Positions 16,994 to 26,808 of a stretch of 40,473 bases of DNA are shown in pieces. Source of the DNA: a virus. Each line of letters opens with the position of its first letter. Positions within the stretch are counted from its first letter, which is position 1. Below the pieces are notes generated by a model. That model worked only from the letters and a program-made list of their open reading frames with translations, had not been told where the DNA came from and made no database searches. The stretch lies in UHGV virus genome UHGV-0129806, one strand, 5' to 3'. Made by a program: the position numbers and the translations under genes.

Positions 16994-17167
16994 ATGAAAA
17001 CAGCTGAAGAAGAAATCAATGAATTACTCAGCAAATACAATTTTGATTTAGCGGTTTTAAAGGATATTAACTATAGATTATCTTGCTGTAGAGAGGAAGC
17101 ATATGTCAGACAGCAATTGCGATATCTAAAGAATCAAATCATTATGGGATTTGCGACTGAAAAATAA
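16994..17167 (+). CDS. Small 57-aa protein
   Basis: Not in the track. ATG follows TAG directly. Confidence 0.35.
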   Translation: MKTAEEEINELLSKYNFDLAVLKDINYRLSCCREEAYVRQQLRYLKNQIIMGFATEK

Positions 17168-17189
17168 AAAAAGAGAGCTGAACACACAA

Positions 17190-19427
17190 ATGGAGAACAA
17201 GTTAGATTTAATTGAATTATTAGAATACATTGACCCAGCTTCTCTTGGTTACCAGGAGTGGGTCAATGTTGGAATGGCGCTAAAACAAGAAGGGTACACA
17301 GCTGTCGATTGGGATCAATGGAGCCAATCAGATAGCCGATATCACTCAGGAGAATGTTTTAAAAAATGGGAGTCTTTTCAAGGAACCTCTTCACCAATTA
17401 CGGGTGCTACAATTACACAGTTGGCCAAAGAAAACGGATGGACTTCGCTATTCAAATCAGGAGATGGTGGCCATGAGCTGGATTGGAATGATACTTTACA
17501 AAAAGATGACCTGGTTATTATTGACCGAAATTGGATTGAAGGAAAAGAAATTCAGGAACCTAAGAAGTGGGAGCCAGCGAAAGAAATTATTCGCTATTTA
17601 GAAACATTGTTTGAACCGTCTGAAACAGTGGCTTACAATGTCCAGTCGTGGCAAGACGAAGATGGAAAGTGGAAGCCTTCTAACAAAGGTGCATATGACA
17701 GAACTGCCGGTCAGTTAATCGAAGAATTGACCCATTGCGGGGATGACATTGGAGCAGTACTAGGAGACTATAATGAAGAAGCTGGGGCTTGGATTCGTTT
17801 TAATCCTATGGATGGAAAAGGCGTAAAAAATGACAATGTAACAGAATTTAGATATGCATTAGTAGAGTCTGACAATATGGGGCTTGAACAACAAAATGCT
17901 ATCATGCGAGAACTAGAGCTTCCTATTGCTGCCATGCTGTATAGCGGAAAGAAATCAATACATGCTATCGTTCGAGTAGATGCAGATAACTATGCTGAAT
18001 ATAGAAAGCGTGTTGATTACTTATATGATGTCTGCAAAAAGAATGGGTTAACGAATGATAATCAAAATAGAAATCCTTCTCGTTTAAGCCGAATGCCTGG
18101 GGTACTGCGTGGAGAAAAAAAACAATTTATCATCGATACCAATTTAGGAAAATCTACTTGGGACGAGTGGAAAGAATGGATTGAAAGCGTTAATGATGAT
18201 TTGCCTGATCCAGAAAGCCTAGAAGATTTGTTTGCAAAACCGATTGAACTAGCACCAGAACTAATTAAAGGCATGCTAAGACAAGGCCATAAGATGCTTA
18301 TAGCTGGTCCATCAAAAGCCGGAAAGTCTTTTTCATTGATACAATTAGCTATTGCAATTGCTGAAGGTCGCCAATGGTTCGGTTTTGATTGCGAAAAGGG
18401 GAAGGTATTATATGTAAACCTTGAATTAGATGAACGGTCCGCAAAAGTTCGTTTTGTTGATATCTATGAAAAATTAGGTCAGGGGCACTCCAATGTATCA
18501 AATATTGATATATGGAATTTACGTGGAAAGACAAGTCCAATGGATAAATTGGCGCCTAAGTTGATTAGACGTGCACAGAAATCTAATTACATGGCTGTGA
18601 TTATTGATCCAATCTATAAAGTTCTGACTGGTGATGAAAATAGTGCCCATGAAATGGCTAAGTTTACCAACCAGTTCGATAAAATAGCTACGGAATTAGA
18701 TTGTGCAGTAATCTATTGCCATCATCATTCAAAAGGATCGCAAGGAGGTAAAAATTCAATTGACCGTTCAAGTGGGTCAGGTGTTTTTGCTCGTGATCCC
18801 GATGCGATTTTAGATTTAATCGAGTTGCCTATTACAGAAGATAGGTATATAGCTTTAGAGAATGAAGCAATTTGTCAGACTTATGAACAAGCAATAAAAA
18901 AATATAATCCATCATATAACGCCATTAGCCAAGATGATGTGTTTAGTACAAAACAAATGGGAATGCACTTAATGAGTGCAATTAAATCTCAAGCTATTTT
19001 ACAGGAAGTTGAATTAGAAAGACAAAAGGCAGTTCGTGCAGCTCGACAATGCACGGCTTGGAGAATTGATGGCACGCTGCGGGAATTCCCTAAGTTTGAT
19101 CCTATCAATGCATGGTTCAAATATCCTATTCATGTCCTCGACGATTCATTGAAAGATATTTCGCTAGAAGACAATCCTAAAGAAAACTGGAAAAAAGGTG
19201 TTAGTAAGTCTAATCAATCAAGAAGTGAAAAATCTAAGCAAGAGCTAGAAACAGCGTTCAGTGCATTGTCTATGGATGGTGGACCAGTAGAAGTTAGTGA
19301 AGTAGCTGAGTATTTAGATATAGCGAGAAATTCTGTTTATACTCGTGTTAAAAAACACGAAAAGTTTAAAGTTGAAGATGGCATGGTATGTAAAAATGAT
19401 GTTCCAAGCGTTGTCGGAGCTAAATAG
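17190..19427 (+). CDS. Replicative primase: PriCT-2 + primase-polymerase + RecA-like AAA (AAA_25) domains
   Basis: N-terminal PriCT-2-like Trp-rich segment (WVNVGMALKQEGY..W..W). Central prim-pol-like region. C-terminal Walker A (LIAGPSKAGKSFSL) and Walker B (VIIDPIYK). Likely start ATG 17190; the track start is a TTG inside the upstream ORF. Confidence 0.8.
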   Translation: MENKLDLIELLEYIDPASLGYQEWVNVGMALKQEGYTAVDWDQWSQSDSRYHSGECFKKWESFQGTSSPITGATITQLAKENGWTSLFKSGDGGHELDWNDTLQKDDLVIIDRNWIEGKEIQEPKKWEPAKEIIRYLETLFEPSETVAYNVQSWQDEDGKWKPSNKGAYDRTAGQLIEELTHCGDDIGAVLGDYNEEAGAWIRFNPMDGKGVKNDNVTEFRYALVESDNMGLEQQNAIMRELELPIAAMLYSGKKSIHAIVRVDADNYAEYRKRVDYLYDVCKKNGLTNDNQNRNPSRLSRMPGVLRGEKKQFIIDTNLGKSTWDEWKEWIESVNDDLPDPESLEDLFAKPIELAPELIKGMLRQGHKMLIAGPSKAGKSFSLIQLAIAIAEGRQWFGFDCEKGKVLYVNLELDERSAKVRFVDIYEKLGQGHSNVSNIDIWNLRGKTSPMDKLAPKLIRRAQKSNYMAVIIDPIYKVLTGDENSAHEMAKFTNQFDKIATELDCAVIYCHHHSKGSQGGKNSIDRSSGSGVFARDPDAILDLIELPITEDRYIALENEAICQTYEQAIKKYNPSYNAISQDDVFSTKQMGMHLMSAIKSQAILQEVELERQKAVRAARQCTAWRIDGTLREFPKFDPINAWFKYPIHVLDDSLKDISLEDNPKENWKKGVSKSNQSRSEKSKQELETAFSALSMDGGPVEVSEVAEYLDIARNSVYTRVKKHEKFKVEDGMVCKNDVPSVVGAK

Positions 19428-19605
19428 ATTCGACAAGCTCCGACAAAATACACCTTCCGTAACAAGCTAAAAAGCTCCGACAAGGTACGACAACCTTAAA
19501 AACGTTGATACAACGCTGTCTGCTATTCTTGTCTACTCTCCCTTTTCAAGGGATAGAGTAGACAAAAGAATACAGCAAGACAAAAAATAGAATAGACAGA
19601 ATGAG
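19410..19605. promoter_or_regulatory. Iteron + large hairpin region (candidate ori or regulatory region) after the primase gene
   Basis: Inverted repeat TTGTCGGAGC (19411-20) / GCTCCGACAA (19437-46). Four NCGACAA repeats in two pairs with 10-bp phasing (19429-36 and 19439-46; 19476-83 and 19486-93). About 17-bp imperfect hairpin at 19526-19570 (GTCTACTCTCCC ttttcaa GGGATAGAGTAGAC). Confidence 0.4.
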
Positions 19606-19650
19606 AAATATTGGACTATACCAAAATAAAATAACAAGAAACGAGGCTGT

Positions 19651-19845
19651 GTGATGGATGAATTTTTAGAAATCTATCGTCAATTAGGACAAAAAAATAA
19701 AATATTCGTTGAAATTCTATTCTATGCATATATTGTTTTTGGCACTCAAAATAAATCAATGATTGAAGTTGCTAAAAGTAACAGGGAGACTGTCAATGGA
19801 AAAAGGACGGTCAAATATGAAATTGAGGTGATGCTTGATGATTGA
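19651..19845 (+). CDS. Hypothetical 64-aa protein
   Basis: ORF with SD GAGG. Confidence 0.4.
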   Translation: MMDEFLEIYRQLGQKNKIFVEILFYAYIVFGTQNKSMIEVAKSNRETVNGKRTVKYEIEVMLDD

Positions 19846-20233
19846 ATTTTTTCTAAATATAATTCCGCCAGAAACTACCCATCAGCAGAAGAAAGTCCAT
19901 GTGGTGAAAAACAAGCCAATATTTTATGAGCCAGACGATTTGAAAAAGGCACGTGCTAAGTTGATGGCCCACTTGTCGAAACATGTACCGAATGAAAAAT
20001 TCGAGGTGCCTGTTCGCATGATGGTAAAGTGGTGTTTCCCAGTTGTAGGTAATCATAGTAATGGTGAGTACAAATATACAAAACCCGACTTAGATAATAG
20101 TAATAAGCTGTTGCAAGACTGTATGACAAAACTGAATTTCTGGAAAGATGACAGCTATGTTGTCAGTTTAATCACTGAAAAGTTTTGGGCAGATGTTCCA
20201 GGGATTTATATCAAAGTGGAGGCGATTGAATGA
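19838..20233 (+). CDS. rusA: RusA-family Holliday-junction resolvase
   Basis: PDLDNSNKLLQDCMTKLNFWKDDSYVV aligns with the E. coli RusA catalytic region (DLDN...D...FWxDD). Confidence 0.75.
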   Translation: MIEFFLNIIPPETTHQQKKVHVVKNKPIFYEPDDLKKARAKLMAHLSKHVPNEKFEVPVRMMVKWCFPVVGNHSNGEYKYTKPDLDNSNKLLQDCMTKLNFWKDDSYVVSLITEKFWADVPGIYIKVEAIE

Positions 20234-20463
20234 ATTGGTCCAATGTATTTATAGATATTCAACAATGGATGGCTGATTCTAACCATGTATCTAAAAAATA
20301 TCCAATCACTTCAGATAAATATTGGGATTGGTTAATACAGTCAATCGGAGAATTAGGAAATCGCTATAACAATCATCCGGTTGTATTAGCATTCTTAACG
20401 GTATTGATCAAAATTCAAGAAGATAGTTATAAACAGGTTTTGGGAGGTAATGCCAATGGCTGA
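20230..20463 (+). CDS. Hypothetical 77-aa protein
   Basis: ORF; ATGA overlap with rusA. Confidence 0.4.
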   Translation: MNWSNVFIDIQQWMADSNHVSKKYPITSDKYWDWLIQSIGELGNRYNNHPVVLAFLTVLIKIQEDSYKQVLGGNANG

Positions 20464-20989
20464 AGGACTAAGCAAGCATCAAATTGAGATTATCACAGCT
20501 AAAGTTCTTGAAATTCAAGAAAAGAAAAAGAAAGAAACAAAAAGAGAAAAAAGAGACTGGAAATTAAGAAATACAAATTTACTATTGAAAAATTATCGTA
20601 TGTTAAAAAAACATTGCGATAGCATTGTTCCGACTATTCAAGATTACGAAATAAGCGTATTTGATTCAGAAGCTTTAAACTTAGATACATTAATGAAATA
20701 TAAAGCTCGGACAAAAGAAATGCTTGATTATTTTGATTTAATGTTTTCGTCCTATAATAATTATTGCAGAAGTAATGGCGATGCAGCGGAGAGAAGATTC
20801 GATATTATAAAATCAGTTTATATAGAAGATGGTAATTTCAGAAAATCTAAATCAGAGATGGCCTCTTATTATGCTATCGATTTTCGAACGGTTGATCGAG
20901 ATATCAAGAAAGCGACGGATGAGTTATCTATATTCTTGTATGGAATCGATAGCTTGGATGATTTAGCAAATGTCTTAAAGTTGTCTTGA
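20456..20989 (+). CDS. ArpU-family late transcriptional regulator
   Basis: Size, Lys-rich segment, and position immediately before the terminase small subunit. Start ATG 20456 with SD GGGAGG 8 nt upstream. Confidence 0.55.
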   Translation: MAEGLSKHQIEIITAKVLEIQEKKKKETKREKRDWKLRNTNLLLKNYRMLKKHCDSIVPTIQDYEISVFDSEALNLDTLMKYKARTKEMLDYFDLMFSSYNNYCRSNGDAAERRFDIIKSVYIEDGNFRKSKSEMASYYAIDFRTVDRDIKKATDELSIFLYGIDSLDDLANVLKLS

Positions 20990-21043
20990 ACATGCCCTAT
21001 TCAAGATGCTACTATGGTAACATGAAATAAATACGTAAAAACA

Positions 21044-21072
21044 AAGACATCTCTTTCGAGGTGTCTTTTTGC
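21044..21072 (+). terminator. Intrinsic terminator after arpU
   Basis: AAAGACATCTC tttcgag GTGTCTTTTT. Confidence 0.6.
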
Positions 21073-21092
21073 ATTGAAAGAAGGTGAATATC

Positions 21093-21638
21093 ATGGCTGA
21101 ATCAAAGCAAAGCCAGTTGATTAATGAAATAGCTGATTTAGCATCAGATCTTATGAGTGAGTGGCCATCCACTCGAAATAAGCAAAAAGAATTCGTGTTA
21201 GCATATGTTTCAAATGGTTTTATCAATGGAACAGAGGCTGCAAAAAAAGCAGGGTATAGCGCTAAAACGGCAGGAACTATTGCTTCTAACCTATTAACAG
21301 GAATGAAAAAGTATGAACACATCCCTCCTGTTATTGAAGAACTGAAGAATGCTTATGATGAAAGAGCGATAGAATTATCTATAGCATCAGGAACTGAAGT
21401 TCTGCAATATCTCACTTCTGTAATGCGTGGATCTCAAAAAGAGCAAACCTTAATCGGTCTGGGCGAAGGGGCTCAAGGATTAACTGATATTGATGTTGGA
21501 GCCAAAGAAAGGCTAAAGGCTGCTGAACTACTGGGTAAACGTCATGCGCTATTCACTGACAAACAGGAGATTTCAGCGACTGTAAGAACAGATAAACTTG
21601 ATAGTATCTTACAGCAATTAGGTGATGCAGATGACTGA
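21093..21638 (+). CDS. terS: Terminase small subunit (Terminase_2/P27-like)
   Basis: FVLAYVSNGFINGTEAAKKAGYSAKTAGTIASNLL HTH motif typical of TerS. SD GAAGGTGA. Confidence 0.8.
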   Translation: MAESKQSQLINEIADLASDLMSEWPSTRNKQKEFVLAYVSNGFINGTEAAKKAGYSAKTAGTIASNLLTGMKKYEHIPPVIEELKNAYDERAIELSIASGTEVLQYLTSVMRGSQKEQTLIGLGEGAQGLTDIDVGAKERLKAAELLGKRHALFTDKQEISATVRTDKLDSILQQLGDADD

Positions 21639-23019
21639 GTTGGTTTTGTCACCTAAGTATAAAAGATTTCTGAAATATGACACAGATGTTGAATTTCTCG
21701 AGGGGACCACAGCAGCCGGGAAGACCACTGTAGGTGCTGTAAAATTTCTTTTTAAAGTTGCTGAATCAGATAGGAAACTGCACATCATTAGCGGTTTAGA
21801 TTTAGGTACAATCGAAAAAAATATTATACAATCCGAATTGGGAATTATAGATATATTTGGAGATCTGGTAACCTACCATTCCAAAGGGAATAAAGATCAT
21901 AGTTTACCACATTTAAAATATAAAACATCTAACGGTGAAAAAATAATCTATGTTCTTGGTTATGACAATAAAGCTCGTTGGAAAAAGGTTCTTGGTGGCC
22001 AATATGGTTGTTTGTACATTGATGAAATAAATATCGCAGACATGGAATATGTACGAGAAATTTTTATGCGTGCCGATTATGTAATGGCCACTTTAAATCC
22101 AGATGATCCTGAATTACCAATTTATCATGAGTACATAAACCATTCTAGGCCATTACCTGAGTATGAAAATGATGCACCTAGAGAGATTAATGATCAGTTG
22201 AACCAGTCTCCCAAAGCAGGGTGGGTTCACTGGTTTTTTGGTTTTTCTCATAATGATGGATTAACTGAAAAAAAGAGACAGAAAATAATATCTGCTGTAC
22301 CGACAGGAACTAAATTATATAAAAATAAAATTCTAGGTATTAGAGGTCGAGCGGAAGGCCTTGTGTTCTCTAATTTCGAATACAAAAATAACGTGATTAC
22401 AGAACAGAAAGCGATGAGTAAGAACTATGTTCATTTTTCTTGTGGCGTAGATACATCTTATTCAGCGCAATCGAATGATACAATTTCGTTTATATTTCAA
22501 GGAATCACAGATGTTGGAGAATTAGTGATACTCGAAGAAGAAGTTAAAAATAATAAAGACGAAAATATACCTTTTTCCCCAAGTGATGTAGCAGCTAATC
22601 TTATTCAATTTCTTGATAGGTGTAGAAAAAAGTGGGGATTTTCTCGAATGGTCTATGTTGATAATGCCGATCAAGCTACTATTACAGAACTAAATAAGTT
22701 GAAACGACTTAAACCTAATGCATATACAATTGTTGGTTCTGATAAGCGTATGAAGATTATTGATCGTATTAATTTAATGTTAGGTTGGATTAATTCAGAT
22801 GGAAAAGCCCCTATATACTTAGTCGTAGACACTTGTAATGTCCACATACATGAGTTAAACACATACGCTTATGATGGAGATCAGCCAGAAGACAAGAACG
22901 ACCATACTATAAACGCTAGTCAGTATGGGTTTTTACCGATAAGAGAAAAAATAGGATACGCATACAAGAAATCTGATACAAAGAAAAAAATTAAGCGTAT
23001 CAAAGAATTAGGATTATAA
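21631..23019 (+). CDS. terL: Terminase large subunit
   Basis: Walker A (EGTTAAGKTTVGAV), Walker B (LYIDEIN), C-terminal nuclease region. Start ATG 21631 with SD AGGTGA. Confidence 0.85.
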   Translation: MTELVLSPKYKRFLKYDTDVEFLEGTTAAGKTTVGAVKFLFKVAESDRKLHIISGLDLGTIEKNIIQSELGIIDIFGDLVTYHSKGNKDHSLPHLKYKTSNGEKIIYVLGYDNKARWKKVLGGQYGCLYIDEINIADMEYVREIFMRADYVMATLNPDDPELPIYHEYINHSRPLPEYENDAPREINDQLNQSPKAGWVHWFFGFSHNDGLTEKKRQKIISAVPTGTKLYKNKILGIRGRAEGLVFSNFEYKNNVITEQKAMSKNYVHFSCGVDTSYSAQSNDTISFIFQGITDVGELVILEEEVKNNKDENIPFSPSDVAANLIQFLDRCRKKWGFSRMVYVDNADQATITELNKLKRLKPNAYTIVGSDKRMKIIDRINLMLGWINSDGKAPIYLVVDTCNVHIHELNTYAYDGDQPEDKNDHTINASQYGFLPIREKIGYAYKKSDTKKKIKRIKELGL

Positions 23020-23032
23020 AGGAGGAGAAGCA

Positions 23033-24571
23033 ATGGAAAATGAAGAAGTCCTAAAAGTTAATGAATTTGAACATGGATCGGACATCAGCTATTCAAGTGA
23101 TGTGAATGAAAATTTTGTTAGCTTTGGCGTAGAATCCAATATTCATTATAGATATAGCTCTGCGGATGAATTGTTGGAGAATGTTGATGTTTTAGCAAAA
23201 ATGATTGCGCACCATAATGAACACCAAGTTCCACGTCTACAGGTTTTGGATGATTATTATAAAGCAAAGAATACAAACATCATCAAAAATCGTCGACGTA
23301 AGGAAAAAGAAAAAGCAGACCATAGAGCTGCTCATAATTTTGGAAAAGTTCTTGCAACGTTTGATGTTGGATACAATACAGGCAATCCATTAAAAGTCCA
23401 AATTAATAATAAAGCTAGCCAAGAGGCCATTGATAATTTCAATCAAGATAATGACATTGATGGATTGAATGGAGAATTGTGGTTAGATATGGATAAATAC
23501 GGTCGAGCTTATGAAATCATATATCGAGATGAAGATGACGTTGATTATGTTGATCTATGCAATGTTTTTGAAACGTTTGTTGTTTATGATACAACGGTCA
23601 AGCGTAGACCAATACTTGCTGTTCGTTATCCTAAAACTAAATTTACTATAGATGCAGACAAACAGTATATTCAACCGATAATTTACACAAAAGACAAAAT
23701 CATTACTTACGCTGAAACGACTCTTGCTACGATTAAACTAAGTGATCCAAAAGAGGATTCTCATGATTACAAAGAAGTTCAGATAACTGAGTTTTCTCCT
23801 AATCGTTTTAGAATGGGATTGTATGAAGATATTTTATCTCAAATCGATTTGTATGATGCTGGACAGTCTGACACTGCTAATTACATGACGGATTTAAACG
23901 ATGCGCTGTTAGTGATTAGTGGAGACATCGAAGCAGCGGGTCTATCAACCGAAGATGCTATTAAGCAAAAAGAAGCGAACATGCTTTTGCTTGAATCTGG
24001 CACAGATATCAACGGTAACAAGACCTCAGTGAATGCTAACTACATCTATAAACAATACGATGTAAACGGCGTTGAAGCATACAAAGAACGAGTGAGGAAA
24101 GGAATACATGAAATATCTATGATTCCAGATTTGACAGATACAAATTTTTCTGGTGTTCAATCAGGAGAAGCAATGAAGTATAAAATGTTTGGTTTCAATC
24201 AAATGACGGCAGTAAAGCAAAGACTATTTAAAAAAAGTCTTGTGCGGCGCTATCGTCTTTTATTTAATCTGAAATCAAGTGTTTCTGAGATTGATAACTC
24301 CGATTTAAAAGGATTGCGAATTATCTTTACTCCTAATCTTCCGAAAGCAATTCTAGAAGAATTAAAAACATTGATTGACTCTGGAGCTGAGTTAAGCCAA
24401 GAAACAATTTTAGGTCTAGCTTCGTTTGTTGATGATGTTCAAGCTGAATTAGAACGTGTAAAAAATGAAAATAAACCATTAGATATTACTGATGAAGAAG
24501 TAGCCAAAACGAAAGTAAATCAGGCAAAATTTTTAGCTAGACAATTGGAAAAGGAAACCGAGGAGGAATGA
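23033..24571 (+). CDS. Portal protein (SPP1 gp6-like)
   Basis: Size of about 510 aa and position after terL; acidic C-terminus. Confidence 0.75.
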   Translation: MENEEVLKVNEFEHGSDISYSSDVNENFVSFGVESNIHYRYSSADELLENVDVLAKMIAHHNEHQVPRLQVLDDYYKAKNTNIIKNRRRKEKEKADHRAAHNFGKVLATFDVGYNTGNPLKVQINNKASQEAIDNFNQDNDIDGLNGELWLDMDKYGRAYEIIYRDEDDVDYVDLCNVFETFVVYDTTVKRRPILAVRYPKTKFTIDADKQYIQPIIYTKDKIITYAETTLATIKLSDPKEDSHDYKEVQITEFSPNRFRMGLYEDILSQIDLYDAGQSDTANYMTDLNDALLVISGDIEAAGLSTEDAIKQKEANMLLLESGTDINGNKTSVNANYIYKQYDVNGVEAYKERVRKGIHEISMIPDLTDTNFSGVQSGEAMKYKMFGFNQMTAVKQRLFKKSLVRRYRLLFNLKSSVSEIDNSDLKGLRIIFTPNLPKAILEELKTLIDSGAELSQETILGLASFVDDVQAELERVKNENKPLDITDEEVAKTKVNQAKFLARQLEKETEEE

Positions 24572-24575
24572 TTGA

Positions 24576-25514
24576 ATGTCCTACTTGAAAAATCGTGAAG
24601 AATCTTGGATCAAAGAACAGATGAAGCTAGATCGCAATAGAGAAAAAGAAATTGTTCAACAGCTTCAAAATGCTATTGATGCGATTCAAACCGAAATTGA
24701 AGCTAACTGGGATAGATTTTCCAATGGCCAAAAGATTACGATTAGCGAAGCAAGAAAAATGGCTAATAAGATGGACGTAAAACGCTTTGAGAGAAAAGCG
24801 AAGGAGTATGTAAAAAATAAAGACTTTAGTCCACAGGCCAATAAAGAATTGAAAATCTATAACTTAGTAATGCGAGTGTCTAGATTAGAGCTATTAAAGT
24901 CTCAAATTGGCTTAGAACTAATCACGTTGTTTGATGAGCTAGATAAGTGGGGATATTCTCAGTTAACTGAAGCAGCAAAAGATGAATATTTAAGACAGGC
25001 GGGAATACTAGGCGAAACCGTTAAAGAAAATTATTCGTCTAAGGTTAGAAAAATTGTTAATGCCTCATTCAAATCAAGTGACTTCCCTTCGTTTAGTGAT
25101 AACATTTGGCAAAATTTTGTTGAAATGAAAGCTGATTTAGAAAAAATAATCACTCAGGCAATCACTCAAGGTAAAAATCCAAGGGCCGTAGCAAAAGAGA
25201 TGGCTAAATTTTTAAAGCCTAACCAATTAAATATAAGATATAAGTTAAATAGGCTAATGATGACTGAAATATCTGGTATTCAAACAGATATTCAAAAGCA
25301 AAGTTACTTGGATGCCGATATCGAAGAATATGATTACATTGCAGAACCGTTTGCCTGTGAAATATGTAAAAAAGTGGCTAAGGGAAGCCCTTATAGAGTA
25401 TTAAAGATGAAAAAAGGTATTAATGCTCCTTATATGCATCCTCATTGTAAATGCTCTACTGTCCCTAAAGTTAGTGATGATTATGAGAAGTCGCTGAAAG
25501 AAAGAGGGTTGTAA
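24576..25514 (+). CDS. Minor head / head morphogenesis protein (SPP1 gp7-like)
   Basis: Position after the portal; C-terminal Cys cluster (CEICKK...HPHCKC). Confidence 0.65.
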   Translation: MSYLKNREESWIKEQMKLDRNREKEIVQQLQNAIDAIQTEIEANWDRFSNGQKITISEARKMANKMDVKRFERKAKEYVKNKDFSPQANKELKIYNLVMRVSRLELLKSQIGLELITLFDELDKWGYSQLTEAAKDEYLRQAGILGETVKENYSSKVRKIVNASFKSSDFPSFSDNIWQNFVEMKADLEKIITQAITQGKNPRAVAKEMAKFLKPNQLNIRYKLNRLMMTEISGIQTDIQKQSYLDADIEEYDYIAEPFACEICKKVAKGSPYRVLKMKKGINAPYMHPHCKCSTVPKVSDDYEKSLKERGL

Positions 25515-25784
25515 ATGGATAATCTATATAAATGCAATCAATGTCATAAACACACTCCTTTAATTAGAAAATCTGAAAATATCACGAAGGATGTCGAACA
25601 CCATTATGCTGAATGTGCAAATTGTGGATATAAAGCGACAATTATGTATATGAATACCGAAATCAAGTTATTAATGTATGAACAAAGAAAAACAAAATTT
25701 GGTACAAAAAAGAAAGGTAAATTGACAGAAAAGCTAAATAGACTAATTTCTCAATTAAGAAAAGAAGTCGAGGGATCGAGTTGA
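25515..25784 (+). CDS. Small zinc-ribbon protein
   Basis: CNQC...CANCG four-Cys ribbon. Confidence 0.5.
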   Translation: MDNLYKCNQCHKHTPLIRKSENITKDVEHHYAECANCGYKATIMYMNTEIKLLMYEQRKTKFGTKKKGKLTEKLNRLISQLRKEVEGSS

Positions 25785-26002
25785 AAAGTTATTCTTTAGT
25801 TTATTGGTCAGGTGTTAACGATGAAACTGGTGCGTTTAAGCAAATAGATTGTCTCATTAATGATGAAACAGTTAAGAACCTGCTTGAAGGTAAACCTAAA
25901 TTTATCTCAATTATTATTGATGATGGTGAACAAATGTTAATTCAAACGGATAATATCAATCAGATAAAACAAGTTTATGAAAAATATGACAGAAAGGCGT
26001 GA
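25781..26002 (+). CDS. Hypothetical 73-aa protein
   Basis: ORF overlapping the previous stop. Confidence 0.4.
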   Translation: MKSYSLVYWSGVNDETGAFKQIDCLINDETVKNLLEGKPKFISIIIDDGEQMLIQTDNINQIKQVYEKYDRKA

Positions 26003-26196
26003 TTCTATGAATGACGATCCTTACGAGTACCTAGATGCTGATTATGAAGAATATTTAAAGAGAGAAGAGTCTAACAAACGTTAGGCTTTTTATATTGCCT
26101 TCTTACTGCTTACAGGCACTAAAGAGAAAGCTGTTTCGATTGATAGGCGTAACTTATCAAATATATCGGGTAGCGGCGTAACCGTGGAGGATAATC

Positions 26197-26796
26197 ATGA
26201 AAACAAAAAAACTATTATTGCCAATGCATTTACAATTCTTTGCTGATAATCCAGATACTGGCACTGGAGATACGGACCAACCGGCCGGAGGTCAAGAACA
26301 AACGCCACCAGAAGATGATAGTAAAGATAAAGGCAATGGAAAAACGTTTTCTCGTGATGAAGTAGCAAAAATGATCGCTGCTGAAGTATCAAAAACAAAA
26401 GAAGCTTGGGAAAAAGAGCAACAAGAAAAACAAGCAGAAGCAGAAAAACTGGCAAAAATGAATGCTCAGGAAAAAGCTGAACATGAAAAGAAACAGCTAG
26501 AAGCAAAAATTGCGGAATTGGAACGTAGTCAAGCATTAGTTTCTATGTCAAAGGAAGCTTCTAAAATGCTTTCAGAAGCTAGTTTGCCGCATGACGATGA
26601 TTTGCTAGGATTGATTGTTTCAGATGATGCAGAAGCTACAAAAAAAGCTGTCGCTATTGTTACGAACTATGTATCAATGATTAAGAAAGAAAATGCTCGC
26701 CAAAAAACACCAGGTGAGGGTGGACAATTTTCAACTGATAAAAAAGAAACCGAATCAGTTGCAGCTCTTGCAGCAAGTAAACGAATTGTAAAATAG
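26197..26796 (+). CDS. Scaffolding protein
   Basis: N-terminal MHLQFFA motif, acidic and coiled-coil (E/K/Q-rich), directly upstream of the capsid gene. Confidence 0.75.
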   Translation: MKTKKLLLPMHLQFFADNPDTGTGDTDQPAGGQEQTPPEDDSKDKGNGKTFSRDEVAKMIAAEVSKTKEAWEKEQQEKQAEAEKLAKMNAQEKAEHEKKQLEAKIAELERSQALVSMSKEASKMLSEASLPHDDDLLGLIVSDDAEATKKAVAIVTNYVSMIKKENARQKTPGEGGQFSTDKKETESVAALAASKRIVK

Positions 26797-26808
26797 GAGG
26801 AAATATAA

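Noticed and set aside
26195-26536. 113-aa minus-strand ORF opposite the scaffold gene
   Set aside because: Antisense to the scaffold CDS. The Leu/Phe-rich translation is the signature of the complement of an E/K/Q-rich coiled-coil gene.
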